Shown here: positions 1-9,999 of the stretch, one piece after another
Numbering within the stretch: the stretch's first letter is position 1
How the letters are laid out: every line of letters begins with the position of its first letter
NCBI GenBank assembly: GCA_963796105.1
Contig: CAWCKJ010000003.1
Location: 32,001 to 96,000, forward strand
Direction of reading: 5' to 3'
DNA from: a candidate division FCPU426 bacterium
Lineage (GTDB): Bacteria > Oederibacteriota > Muellerivitia > Muellerivitales > Muellerivitaceae
DNA: 64,000 nucleotides
Program-made: the position numbers and the translations under genes
The notes under the pieces: generated by a model
Seen by the model: only the letters and a program-made list of their open reading frames with translations
Told to the model about the DNA's origin: nothing
Databases searched by the model: none

Positions 1-2145
1 GGCTTCACCCTCAAGTCCAACGGGGGCTTTTATGACGCTTCCAGTTATAACGGCATTTCTTTTTGGGCGAAAATCGGCCCAAGCGGGACCGGCGCCATCA
101 CCCTTCAGGTCTCGGACGTCAACACGGACCCCTCCGGGAACGTCTGCACGACATGCTATGACGATTTCGGCCAGGGCGTGGTGGTCGGGAGTTCTTGGGC
201 ACAGTACTCGGTTAGTTTCGCCGGGATGACCCAACAGGGATGGGGATTGCCCCAGGAGCCGGGCGGTCTCGTCACCTCGAAGATCAAGGCCATCCAGTGG
301 ATCGCCGGAAAGGGGGTTTCGGTGGATTTGTGGGTGGACGACGTGGCCTTCACCCAAGTGGGAACTCCCACTGCCACGAACTCATCTACGATATCATTCA
401 CGCCGACCCCTACCCCTACCCTGACGAAAACCCCGTCAGTCACTCCCACTCCCACCCCGACCGCCACCAACATGGGCGGTTGGACTTCCACTCCGAGCCC
501 CTCGCCTACAGTGACCTACACCGCCACGTCACAAATAACAATCGTGACCTGTGCCCAGTACCAATTTGTGACAGTAGGGTCCTATATCGTGGAAAGCGAT
601 TATTGGAACCAGACGAATTGTCCCGGCACCCAATGCATGGTCATCAACGCCTCAACCGGGGCCTTCTCAGTGACCCAAATTACCAACTGCGGCGAAAACG
701 TTTCCAGCTATCCGAACGTGCTTTACGGCGATTCTTTCGGGGTCTCCAGTCCCGGAAGCGTCCTTCCTATGCCGGTCAGCGCCTTGTCCTGCGTGACCAG
801 CAATTGGAATTTCAGCGTGGGGGGCGTCTCCACTGACTCCTATGACGTGGCCTATGACATCTGGTTTTGCAAGGACAACACCTGCGGGTCCACCGGGTTC
901 CCTGGCGGGGCCGAGCTGATGATCTGGCTGGATTACCAGAACGCCCCCGGCTGGGAGTATGACCTGGGAACGGTGAGCCTTGCGGGGCATAATTGGGAAG
1001 TTTGGACATTCAATCAAGGCTCCAATGGGGTCAGTTGGACCTACCTGGCTTACATGATCCAGGCCCCGATGGTCACTTCCGTAACCAATTTGGATTTAAA
1101 CGCCTTCTTCAAGGATGCGGTCTCCAGGGGCTATATCCAGAATTCCTGGTATCTCTACGCCGTCCAGGCGGGGGATGAACTGAGAACGGGAGGCTTGCCT
1201 TTCAACAACAACAGCTTCTCGGTTGCCATCAACAACGGCTGTGGGTCTCCCACGGCCACAGGGACGCCTACGGCGACTCCGACCAGCACCTCCACGCCCT
1301 CTCCCACCACCACGCCTACATTTTCGCCCACCCCGTCCCGGACGAATACCTTAACGAATACTCCGACACCATCCCCAACCCCGACATCCACCAACACCCA
1401 AACCCCTACCTATACTCCAACCATTACGCTCACTCCGACGGCTACCCCGACTCTCACCCCAACGGCGACACCCACAAGCACCTCCACTATCACCAATAGT
1501 CCCACGCCATGGCCCACTGGAGTTCCTACTTGGACTTTCACCGATACTCCTTCGGTAACGCCAACTCCCACGAACACGATGACCCTTACTCCAACATTAA
1601 CCCTCACTTCGACCTTTTCTCCCACAATGACACCGTCCCAAAGCCCTACCAACACGGCTACAAACAGCCCGACCTATAGCATCACACCGACATCATCATT
1701 TACCCTGGCGAGTACACCAACCTCGACTTTCACAAATACGCCCTCACCAACTGAAAGCCCCGCCCAAACCCTGACGCCGTCTCCGACCCCTTCCTTCACC
1801 TTAACGATCACACCTTCTTTTACCTCTGCAACAACGATCTCTCCGACGCCCGGGGTTTCGGGCGTAGTGATCGGCCTTCCCCGTCCCAACCCCAGCGGCC
1901 AGGGGCCCGTCACCATTCCTTTACAGGTTCCTGCCGGTTCCAGCGTCGAATGGAGCGTCTATACCACGGCCTTCCGCAAGATCCTGGATGTCAGCCAGCC
2001 CATACCGGGAAACAACGCGGCGATTGATTGGAAATTAAAAGACGCTTGGGGAACACCCGTGGCCGACGGCCTTTATTACCTGAAAGTCCAGGTTACGGGC
2101 CCAGTCAAGGCTTCCAAGGTATTGAAAGTCCTGGTGACCCGTTAA
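1..2145 (+). CDS. Modular secreted glycoside hydrolase, 5'-truncated: CBM11-like domain, Thr/Pro linker, GH12 endoglucanase, long Thr/Pro linker, C-terminal FlgD/sorting-like domain
   Basis: Frame 1 is open from base 1 ([24 protein letters not shown]..., CBM11-like). GH12 motifs: [23 protein letters not shown] (nucleophile Glu), QAGDE (acid/base Glu). About 200 aa of T/P/S repeats follow, then PNP...VYTTAFRKI...[12 protein letters not shown]. Confidence 0.85.
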   Translation, partial: GFTLKSNGGFYDASSYNGISFWAKIGPSGTGAITLQVSDVNTDPSGNVCTTCYDDFGQGVVVGSSWAQYSVSFAGMTQQGWGLPQEPGGLVTSKIKAIQWIAGKGVSVDLWVDDVAFTQVGTPTATNSSTISFTPTPTPTLTKTPSVTPTPTPTATNMGGWTSTPSPSPTVTYTATSQITIVTCAQYQFVTVGSYIVESDYWNQTNCPGTQCMVINASTGAFSVTQITNCGENVSSYPNVLYGDSFGVSSPGSVLPMPVSALSCVTSNWNFSVGGVSTDSYDVAYDIWFCKDNTCGSTGFPGGAELMIWLDYQNAPGWEYDLGTVSLAGHNWEVWTFNQGSNGVSWTYLAYMIQAPMVTSVTNLDLNAFFKDAVSRGYIQNSWYLYAVQAGDELRTGGLPFNNNSFSVAINNGCGSPTATGTPTATPTSTSTPSPTTTPTFSPTPSRTNTLTNTPTPSPTPTSTNTQTPTYTPTITLTPTATPTLTPTATPTSTSTITNSPTPWPTGVPTWTFTDTPSVTPTPTNTMTLTPTLTLTSTFSPTMTPSQSPTNTATNSPTYSITPTSSFTLASTPTSTFTNTPSPTESPAQTLTPSPTPSFTLTITPSFTSATTISPTPGVSGVVIGLPRPNPSGQGPVTIPLQVPAGSSVEWSVYTTAFRKILDVSQPIPGNNAAIDWKLKDAWGTPVADGLYYLKVQVTGPVKASKVLKVLVTR

Positions 2146-2177
2146 AAAATGCTGGGGAACTTGTATAATAACTAAAT

Positions 2178-3167
2178 ATGAAATACTTAAACCTGTTGAT
2201 CTCCCTAGGGTTTCTCACTCTTCTCCCTTTCGCTTGTTCTAAAAATTATTCTATTGCCCCGACTCACCCTAATCCGACTAGTACTCCGACATCTACGCCT
2301 TGCGGATATCCTGGGAATACTTGCACTTTCACCCCCACCAACACTGCTACCTCCACTCCGACGGCAACCCCAACTCCGACCGCCACTTATTCTCCGACTC
2401 CCATTGTTTCGATGCCAAGGTTGTATGTCGCCCTGGGGGATAGCATCTCCTACGGTTACGACTTGACCGACACTTCGCTGAGTTTCGTGAACCTTCTTTT
2501 CCAGAATAACAACACCGCTTATCCGGCGGACACGGGCATGGACCTTTCCACAAAATATCCGGGAATGCAGCTGCTCAACCTGTCCATTCCCGGGGCCAGG
2601 ACCCAAGAGGTTATCGCGGACGAGATGCCATCCATACCCCAAGGATCATCGGAGCCGATTTTCGTTACCATCCTCATAGGGGGAAATGAGTTGATTACTC
2701 CCTGCGGCTCCAGCTACTCGGACCCTCCCTGCGACGGCTATGTTTTTGGGTGCACCCTGGCCCAGGGTACGACTTGGTCCTACAACTTCAAGGCGCGCCT
2801 GGAAACCCAGATCGTGCAAGTGCTCCAAAACACCTCGACTTACCCTGGCATCCAGAAAATCGTGATCGGAAACATCTACGATCCGACGGATGGGACTGGC
2901 CTGGCGGCCTATGGCTGGGCTGCGGCGGAGGGGGTTTTGGCGCAATATAACCAAAGGATCAAGGAGGTTGCTTCCGAGACAGGTGTGGATTTGGTGGACG
3001 ACTATACCCCATTCCTGGGGCACGGAACCCAATACAACAACACATCCAACCCCTATTACGATGCCTCCGATCCCACCTTTTGGTACGTCAATGCTACACC
3101 CATCCCCATCCACCCCGACGTTTTGGGGCATTACCACCTCAAGCACCTGTTCTGGCCGAATTTTTAG
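2178..3167 (+). CDS. SGNH/GDSL-family esterase, predicted lipoprotein with Thr/Pro linker
   Basis: Lipobox-like PFAC, T/P linker, block I ALGDSIS, block III GGNE, block V IHPD..GH. Confidence 0.85.
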   Translation: MKYLNLLISLGFLTLLPFACSKNYSIAPTHPNPTSTPTSTPCGYPGNTCTFTPTNTATSTPTATPTPTATYSPTPIVSMPRLYVALGDSISYGYDLTDTSLSFVNLLFQNNNTAYPADTGMDLSTKYPGMQLLNLSIPGARTQEVIADEMPSIPQGSSEPIFVTILIGGNELITPCGSSYSDPPCDGYVFGCTLAQGTTWSYNFKARLETQIVQVLQNTSTYPGIQKIVIGNIYDPTDGTGLAAYGWAAAEGVLAQYNQRIKEVASETGVDLVDDYTPFLGHGTQYNNTSNPYYDASDPTFWYVNATPIPIHPDVLGHYHLKHLFWPNF

Positions 3168-3170
3168 CGG

Positions 3171-3421
3171 AAAACCTGGTTCCCTAGATCGAAAACCCTG
3201 TTCATTAGGACTAGAAACCCGGTTCACTTTGCCAAAAACTCAGTTCACAAGAGCCGAAAACCCAGTTCACTTGGGGCAAAACCCAGTTCACTCCGGCGGG
3301 AAATCCAGTTTCACTTTGCCAAAAACTCAGTTCACAAGAGCCGAAAACCCAGTTCACCAGGTCGAAAACTCAGTTCACTTGGCCTAAAAACCCGGTTCAC
3401 TAGGCATAAAACTCAGTTCAC
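3171..3421. repeat. Tandem array of 12 units: 14-bp core AAAACYCRGTTCAC with alternating 7- and 8-bp variable spacers
   Basis: Cores start at 3171, 3192, 3214, 3235, 3257, 3278, 3300, 3322, 3344, 3365, 3387 and 3408. Segment 3228-3270 is duplicated at 3315-3357. Confidence 0.95.
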
Positions 3422-3688
3422 TCGAGCCGCTGGCCGGAGCCGGGATTACCGTTGGCCGGTGTCGGGATATCCGCCGCTTGGTGACGGTATTTTACTGATA
3501 TATAGTTTTATCGTTGTTATATTCGCAGTGGCGGGGGAAAGTGGCCTTTTTCCAATGCTTTCAGCTGGGTCTCTGTGTCCCTGTGGTGAAATGGGCCTAG
3601 TTTCTTGGTCTTGCCAAAAGCCCTCCTTCGATTTATCTTGCCCCTGGCTTAGTTGTGCTGGTTTTTATTCATTTTAAGGAGAAGCAAC

Positions 3689-4270
3689 ATGAAACGAGTG
3701 TTTATCGCCGCTTTATTGCTGGGATTCTGCCTAGCCGGTTCCAGGCTCTGGGCGAAGGGTGCTGGTCCCCAAGCCATTATCAAGCTGGCCAAGGGGGGGG
3801 AGATCGTCATCAAGTTTTACCCCCAGGACGCTCCTGAAAGCGTGGCCAATTTCATCAAGCTGGCGAAGAAGGGCTTCTATGACGGGCTTGCTTTCCACCG
3901 GGTGGTTCCGGGCTTTGTGGTGCAGGGAGGGGACCCGAATGGCGATGGAAGCGGCGGTCCTGGATACACCATCAAGGGTGAATTTACGGAAAACGGCGTG
4001 AACAATACCCAGAAACATGTCGATGGGGCGGTAGCCATGGCTCGCACGAATGTTCCCGACTCAGCTGGAAGCCAGTTCTACATCTGCCTGGGCGCCCAAC
4101 CCGCTTTGGACGGCAAGTACGCCGTGTTCGGCCAAGTGGTGAAGGGAATGGAATACGTCCAGCAGATTCAGATGGGGGATAAGATGGAAAAGGTCACTAT
4201 CGTCGGTGGCGGGGCTGGAAAAAAGAAAGCGGCCAAGCCCGCAGCAGAAGCCACCCCTACCGGTAAATAG
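3689..4270 (+). CDS. Cyclophilin-type peptidyl-prolyl cis-trans isomerase with signal peptide
   Basis: FYDGLAFHRVVPGFVVQGGDP, GAVAMAR, AGSQFYI, LDGKYAVFGQV. An AAGGAG RBS precedes ATG 3689. Confidence 0.95.
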   Translation: MKRVFIAALLLGFCLAGSRLWAKGAGPQAIIKLAKGGEIVIKFYPQDAPESVANFIKLAKKGFYDGLAFHRVVPGFVVQGGDPNGDGSGGPGYTIKGEFTENGVNNTQKHVDGAVAMARTNVPDSAGSQFYICLGAQPALDGKYAVFGQVVKGMEYVQQIQMGDKMEKVTIVGGGAGKKKAAKPAAEATPTGK

Positions 4271-4288
4271 TATTTACGCTTAAGGGCC

Positions 4289-4316
4289 CGGCTCTACGCG
4301 CCAAAACGTAGAGCCG
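4289..4316 (+). terminator. Hairpin downstream of the cyclophilin gene, possible terminator
   Basis: CGGCTCTACG / CGTAGAGCCG perfect 10-bp stem. There is no strong U-tract. Confidence 0.45.
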
Positions 4317-4454
4317 AAACTCCTTATTGTGGTTGTGCTAATCTACATGCGAGTAGTGAAAAGTAGGTCACTTTTATCTTTCTGATACTGCCCCTAAAAT
4401 CCTCGCTCGACTATAATCGCCGTGGTGTAACATTCATCATCAAAGGGTTTTCCA

Positions 4455-5036
4455 ATGACTATTTCCGATTTCCTTAGCCTCTTTTTGCCCTTGTTTGTGG
4501 CCATGGACCCATTGGGAGTCTTGCCTGCCTTTATCCAAATGACATCCGATATTCCATCCAAGAAGCGCCAGAAGATCGTAGATGGGTCTATCCTGACGGC
4601 TGGGGTGGTAGGACTTCTTTTTATCCCATTGGGTCCGCTAGTTTTAAGCGCATTGGGTTTGAAACCGGGGGATTTCCAGGTAGCGGGAGGTCTATTGGTT
4701 TTGGTGATCGCCCTGAGGGATATTATCTGGGACCAGAAGATGTTTACCCATGACCACCGGCCAGGGGCGGGCATTGTGCCCTTGGGGATTCCTTTATTGG
4801 TGGGGCCCGCGGTATTGGCGACCCTTATTCTCCTGAAAGCCCGTTTCAACCCTATTGAGATCGGGTCCAGCTTGGTCCTGAACCTGGCCATCAACTGGAT
4901 TGTTTTCAGACAGTCGGATTTATTGATGCGTTGGATGGGAGTGGCGGGGACCAAGGTGGTCTCAAAGCTGGCCGCGCTTCTTCTGGCCGCCTACGCGGTG
5001 ATGATGATTCGTGTTGGCCTTTCGTCTTTTAGGTAG
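4455..5036 (+). CDS. MarC family integral membrane protein
   Basis: LFVAMDPLGVLP, FQVAGGL, IVPLGIPLLVGPA and VSKLAALLLAAYAV are MarC-type motifs. Confidence 0.9.
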   Translation: MTISDFLSLFLPLFVAMDPLGVLPAFIQMTSDIPSKKRQKIVDGSILTAGVVGLLFIPLGPLVLSALGLKPGDFQVAGGLLVLVIALRDIIWDQKMFTHDHRPGAGIVPLGIPLLVGPAVLATLILLKARFNPIEIGSSLVLNLAINWIVFRQSDLLMRWMGVAGTKVVSKLAALLLAAYAVMMIRVGLSSFR

Positions 5037-5175
5037 GATTTTAAAAAATTTCAAACCGAATTCTAATTATCACCACAGTGGAGCTTCTCGACACATAGTG
5101 AAAAAGTTAAATAAATTTTAGGTTTTTACTGGGTCGCCGAGCCTCTGCGGTAAACATTTTTTATTAGAGGTTTTC

Positions 5176-6066
5176 ATGTCCAAGTCTAGGGTTATAGTCA
5201 TCTATAAACAAAGCGCCTTCATGAGATTGCAGGCGGGCGATATCCCCACCAACCGCCTGGAAAAAGGGCGGTATTGGAAGATTATTTGCGGAAGCCATCA
5301 GCGCCACACGGATACTATTCAAAAAGTTAAAGATGTTCTGAAACAAGAAGGTTTGCATGCGGTTTATTTCCACCGCAACCAACTCCAACAACTTCGGGAT
5401 GCCGATAAAAGGTTCGATTTGGCCATTTCCGTCGGTGGGGACGGCACCTTGCTTGATTCCTGCCACCATCTCCATACCATTCCAATCCTGGGCGTGAATT
5501 CGGACCCGCAGCGGAGTGTCGCGCGGTTCAGCGGATGTGTCGCCGAGGATTTTCATCCATTATTAGCAGCTTATCTCGCGGGCAAATTAAAACCCGTGGC
5601 GGTTCCCCGGATTGAGTTTTCCATCAATGGAAAAGTCCACCCTTGGAGGGTTTTGAATGACATCTTGATCAGCACCCTCAGCCCGGCTGGGACCTCCCGC
5701 TACATGCTGAAGATCGGGGCCGATATAGAGGAGCAAATGTCCAGCGGCATTTGGGTGAGCACCGCGGCCGGCTCCACCGCCGCCAACGCCTCGGCCGGCG
5801 GAAAAACACTTCCCGCCACAGCCAAGAAATTCCAGTACGTGGTGCGGGAAGTCTATCAAAGGAAATTCGGGCACCGCAGGCACATTAAGGGGATTTTAAG
5901 CCAAGGCCAAACTTTGGAAATTATTTCCTACATGAAAGACGGGAGGATCTTCGTGGACGGCTCCAACCGGATTGTGCCTTTCGGACTGGGCGACCGGCTC
6001 AAGATCGGGCTTTCAAGGGCTCCCATGAAGTTGGTGGGGTTGAAACTGAAAATGCAGAAAAAATAG
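5176..6066 (+). CDS. NAD(H) kinase
   Basis: GGDGT motif, ILGVNSDP, LND, SSGIWVSTAAGSTA. Confidence 0.85.
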   Translation: MSKSRVIVIYKQSAFMRLQAGDIPTNRLEKGRYWKIICGSHQRHTDTIQKVKDVLKQEGLHAVYFHRNQLQQLRDADKRFDLAISVGGDGTLLDSCHHLHTIPILGVNSDPQRSVARFSGCVAEDFHPLLAAYLAGKLKPVAVPRIEFSINGKVHPWRVLNDILISTLSPAGTSRYMLKIGADIEEQMSSGIWVSTAAGSTAANASAGGKTLPATAKKFQYVVREVYQRKFGHRRHIKGILSQGQTLEIISYMKDGRIFVDGSNRIVPFGLGDRLKIGLSRAPMKLVGLKLKMQKK

Positions 6067-6357
6067 AAATTCCAAATAAAAAAATAAATTCAATTTAACC
6101 ACAGGTTCCTTCGAAACCGCAAAGACTCAGTTTAAGCAATCTCGTTAATATCTTCTTCTGTGATGCGATAGCAATGTGGTTCCCATGGGAACCCGTGGTG
6201 AAGGTGTTGTGGTTTGAAAGCGGCATCTTTTATAGCTTTTACCGAATATAACTCAGATAAATTCCTTTAATGATTATGATTTTAATCAAATTGCCTATTG
6301 AGTCCTTAAGGTAAGCTATGCCCGCGGTTGAGACAATAATTAATCCAGGAGGCGTTT

Positions 6358-7017
6358 ATGAGATTCATACTTTTGGGGGAACCAGGGGCCGGCAAAGGGA
6401 CCTATTCCGCGGTTTTAATCAAGAAATTCCAAATCCCGCAGGTCTCGACCGGAGACATTTTGCGAGCGGCGGTGAAGGCCGGTACCCCCTTGGGCCTGAA
6501 GGCCCAGGAGTTCATGAAAAAGGGTGAATTGGTGCCGGATACCGTGGTGATCGGACTTGTGAAGGAAAGATTGAACCAGCCCGACGCTAATAAGGGATTC
6601 ATCTTGGATGGATTCCCCAGGACCATACCCCAGGCCGAGGCTTTGGAAGGAATACTCAAGGAATTGGGTAAACCAGTGAACGCGGTGCTGAAGATCGAGG
6701 TGGGTAGGGAAACACTGATTACCCGACTGACGGGCCGCCGGGTCTGTAAGGGATGCGGGGCGACCTACAATGTCAACACAGGTCTTCCTCCGAAAAAAGA
6801 AGGGGTTTGCGACAAGTGCGGCGGGGAAGTTATCCAAAGGGCTGACGACGAAAGGGCCACCATAGAGAACCGCCTGAATGTTTACCAAAAAGATACATCG
6901 CCCTTGATCGCCTATTACGATAAAAAGGGTATCTTGAAACGCATTCCCTGCGAGGGGCCGTTGCAGGAAGTCTTGGATCGTTTCGAGAAGGCCGCTTTGG
7001 CAGCGGTCGGGAAGTAA
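6358..7017 (+). CDS. adk: Adenylate kinase with Zn-binding LID
   Basis: GEPGAGKGT, STGDILR, GFILDGFPRT, CKGC...CDKC lid, QRADD. GGAGG RBS. Confidence 0.97.
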   Translation: MRFILLGEPGAGKGTYSAVLIKKFQIPQVSTGDILRAAVKAGTPLGLKAQEFMKKGELVPDTVVIGLVKERLNQPDANKGFILDGFPRTIPQAEALEGILKELGKPVNAVLKIEVGRETLITRLTGRRVCKGCGATYNVNTGLPPKKEGVCDKCGGEVIQRADDERATIENRLNVYQKDTSPLIAYYDKKGILKRIPCEGPLQEVLDRFEKAALAAVGK

Positions 7018-7039
7018 TTAAAGACCCGGAAAATTCTAA

Positions 7040-7197
7040 TCCACCACAGGGACTCAGAGACACAGCCATACTAGGCTTGGTTTCTTTGCTTTAAACTGAG
7101 TCTCTGGGTCTCTGTGCCGATCTTCTATTTGGAGATATTGAGATCGGTACTATGCCAGCCTCGTTAAAAGATTTATTGAAGGCTGGCATGTGGTGAA
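7040..7197. repeat. Representative copy of a dispersed intergenic CACCACAG.../...CTGTGGTG element (at least 9 loci in the window)
   Basis: Other copies at about 3565-3592, 5070-5154, 6096-6202, 9339-9377, 9868-9983, 55549-55600, 57284-57523 and 62940-62980. Confidence 0.75.
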
Positions 7198-7234
7198 TGC
7201 TGTTCGGGAGTTTTAAATAAATCCGGAGGGTTCC

Positions 7235-9316
7235 ATGACGAAACGGCCGGGGAAGTCGGCTGGGATCATGAATCCCATCACCGCGCTTTGGGAGGAATCG
7301 GAAGGTTCCGCTTCCCCCCTCGGCGCGACTTGGATTCCGGCAAGTCAAGCCTACAACTTTGCCCTCTATTCCAAAAACGCCTCCGAAGTCACCCTCTTGG
7401 CTTATGGCCCAAGTGATTTCACTAATCCTGTTTATACTTATTCTTTCGATCCTCTGAGAAACAAGACCTCCCGGATTTGGCACGCGCGCATCCCCAAGGG
7501 CGCGCTCCAAGGGGCACAGTATTACGCTTATTCAGTCAATGGACCAGCGGACGACGCTTCTGAATATAGTTTTTTCAATCCCGACAAGGTGCTCCTGGAC
7601 CCCTACGCCCGCCAGGTTTTCTTTCCCCCGGATTTTTTCAGGGGCGCCGCTTGCGGGCCCGTGAGCAACGCCGGACAGGCCCCTTTGGGGGTTCTATTGG
7701 AGGGGCAGGAAGTTTTCGCCTGGGGGAATGAACCCCGGCCCCGGCACGACCACGACCTGGTGATTTATGAGACGCACGTGGGTGGATTCACGAGGAACCC
7801 CAACTCGGGTTTGCCGACGGGCCGTCGCGGCACCTTCCTGGGCGTCATGGACAAAATACCCTACTTGAAGGAATTGGGCGTCACGGCCGTGGAATTGATG
7901 CCGGTCCAGCAGTTCGACGCGACCGAGCCCAATTACTGGGGCTACATGACCCTTAACTTTTTTTCGCCCCACGCCGCCTACGCCACAGGCCAGAAGGCGG
8001 GGCAGGCCATCACGGAATTCAAGCAGATGGTCAAGGCGCTCCATAAGGCGGACATCGAGGTGTTCATGGACGTGGTTTATAACCATACGACCGAGGGCAA
8101 CGAGAACGGCCCCTGTTTCAGTTTCCGGGGGATCGACAACGACACCTATTACATGACCACCCCCTTTCCGGACGCGCCTTACGCCGATTTCACGGGAACG
8201 GGCAATACCTTGAACTGCTCCAACCAGGCGGTCCAGCGTTTGATCACCGACAGTCTCCGTTACTGGGTGGAAGAAATGCACGTGGACGGGTTCCGCTTCG
8301 ACTTGGCCTCTGTGTTCTCGCGCAGTTCCAACGGGAGCGTGAATTTCGATGATCCGCCCATCATCGATGAGATCGCCTTGGAGCCGAACCTTTACAACGT
8401 CCGCTTGATCGCGGAACCCTGGGAGGGAGGAGCCCAGGGCAATTACGAGCTGGGCAACGAGCCGACTCAGCGGAGCTTTCCCGGGATCTATTGGCGCCAA
8501 TGGAATGACCAGTTTCGCAGGAAGACGCGCCAGTTCGTGAAGGGGGACGGGGGATTGGTCGCGGAAATACTCACGAGGGTATATGGAAGTTCCGACTTCT
8601 TCCCAGACGTACTGCCTTTTTCATACCGGGCTTACCAAAGCCTGAATTATCTTTCATCCCATGACGGGCCGACCCTCTATGATCTGACGGCCTATAACCG
8701 GGACGACCAGCAAAGCTGGAATTGCGGTTGGGAAGGCGACGCGGGAGCCCCGCAGGCTGTCCTGGCGCTTCGCAAGCAACAGGTGAAGAATTTCCTCGCC
8801 TTGCTTTTGCTTTCCAACGGCACCCCCATGTTTCGGGCGGGAGATGAGTTCCTCCAGACCCAGTTGGGCAACGCGAACCCTTACAATATCGACGATTTCA
8901 CCACTTGGCTGGATTGGAGCAGGCTAAACGCGAATGAGGATATTTTCCGTTTCTTTTCCAAAATGGTGGCTTTCAGAAAAGCCCACCCCAGCATAGGGCG
9001 GTCCAGCTTTTGGAGGGAGGATGTGGCCTGGTGTGGAGTAGGCGGCCAAACCGACATTTCACCTGATTCCCACAGCTTCGCCTTTCGCCTGAAGGGCGGT
9101 TCCTTGAACGACTTGGACATCTATGTGATGGTCAACGCTTGGTGGAACCCTTTGATATTTCAAATTCAACAGGGAAATGGCGGGGATTGGAAGAAAGTCA
9201 TTGATACGGGTGCCGCCAGCCCAATGGATATAGTGGATCCAGGCGTTGTAAAGCCCTTGATTACGCCCAACTGCCAGGTCCAGCCCCGGTCGGTAGTGGT
9301 TTTGGTGAGTTGTTAG
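7235..9316 (+). CDS. glgX: Isoamylase / glycogen debranching enzyme (CBM48 + GH13)
   Basis: PLGA, LLDPYA, IYETHV, NYWGY, DVVYNHT, VDGFRFDLA, IAEPW, SHDG, GTPM..AGDEF. The start could alternatively be ATG 7268. Confidence 0.9.
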   Translation: MTKRPGKSAGIMNPITALWEESEGSASPLGATWIPASQAYNFALYSKNASEVTLLAYGPSDFTNPVYTYSFDPLRNKTSRIWHARIPKGALQGAQYYAYSVNGPADDASEYSFFNPDKVLLDPYARQVFFPPDFFRGAACGPVSNAGQAPLGVLLEGQEVFAWGNEPRPRHDHDLVIYETHVGGFTRNPNSGLPTGRRGTFLGVMDKIPYLKELGVTAVELMPVQQFDATEPNYWGYMTLNFFSPHAAYATGQKAGQAITEFKQMVKALHKADIEVFMDVVYNHTTEGNENGPCFSFRGIDNDTYYMTTPFPDAPYADFTGTGNTLNCSNQAVQRLITDSLRYWVEEMHVDGFRFDLASVFSRSSNGSVNFDDPPIIDEIALEPNLYNVRLIAEPWEGGAQGNYELGNEPTQRSFPGIYWRQWNDQFRRKTRQFVKGDGGLVAEILTRVYGSSDFFPDVLPFSYRAYQSLNYLSSHDGPTLYDLTAYNRDDQQSWNCGWEGDAGAPQAVLALRKQQVKNFLALLLLSNGTPMFRAGDEFLQTQLGNANPYNIDDFTTWLDWSRLNANEDIFRFFSKMVAFRKAHPSIGRSSFWREDVAWCGVGGQTDISPDSHSFAFRLKGGSLNDLDIYVMVNAWWNPLIFQIQQGNGGDWKKVIDTGAASPMDIVDPGVVKPLITPNCQVQPRSVVVLVSC

Positions 9317-9408
9317 ATAATAATTCTTTTAAAACTTATTCACCACAGGCCGTCTTCGACGGCCACAAAGTACACAGTAGTAATGAAATGGAAATAGGTA
9401 CCGCTTAA

Positions 9409-9849
9409 ATGATTAAGGATACAAAAAATCTAATAATCGCCATGACCTTGCTGGTTTGTTTTACCATGTTATTTTCCGCCTGTGGCGGGACGAAAAATAA
9501 TATTCGAACCGATTCAACCACTGTTTCATCTTCCCAAAATATCCTCGATACCCTCTATTTCGGCACGAGAAAAGCCAAGGGCACTGTGACGAAAAAGGAT
9601 TGGGAAAACTTTTTGAAAGGGGTTGTAACGCCCCGGTTTCCTGATGGTTTGACAGCCTGGGAAGGTTACGGCCAGTGGAAAGGGAAGGAGGGGAAAATCA
9701 TTCGGGAAAAGAGCCATATACTCCAGTTGGTTCATCCCGCTGGTTCAGGCCCGGAGAAATCAATCCTGGATATCATCGAGATTTATAAAAAGAGGTTCAA
9801 CCAGGAATCGGTCATGAGGGTCAAAAGCCAGCCGAATGTGTCGTTTTAG
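9409..9849 (+). CDS. DUF3574-like lipoprotein
   Basis: Lipobox FSAC, LYFG, VTPRFPDGLT, GQW, YKKRFNQESV. Confidence 0.8.
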   Translation: MIKDTKNLIIAMTLLVCFTMLFSACGGTKNNIRTDSTTVSSSQNILDTLYFGTRKAKGTVTKKDWENFLKGVVTPRFPDGLTAWEGYGQWKGKEGKIIREKSHILQLVHPAGSGPEKSILDIIEIYKKRFNQESVMRVKSQPNVSF

Positions 9850-9999
9850 GCATCAATATAAAAGGCCATCACCACAGGCCGCTTTCAGTGGCCACGAAGT
9901 ACGCGGTTTCAAATTAAACATAAAGCAAATCAATAAAAACTCTATGCGTTTTTACTGTGGTTCAGAAGGAACCCGTGGTGATAGCCTTTGCTTTGGTGT

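Noticed and set aside
1243..1855. DNA-level repeat element in the ACN/CCN-rich stretch
   Set aside because: It is explained by a coding Thr/Pro linker with varied synonymous codons.
2890..3387. 165-aa ORF running through the array
   Set aside because: It overlaps the SGNH gene out of frame. The array period (43 bp) is not a multiple of 3, and no RBS is evident.
3171..3421. CRISPR or TIGR-type guide array
   Set aside because: The repeats (14 bp) and spacers (7-8 bp) are far too short for CRISPR. The spacers are mutually similar and partly duplicated, and no cas or Nop-domain gene is in the window. Kept only as an unexplained array.
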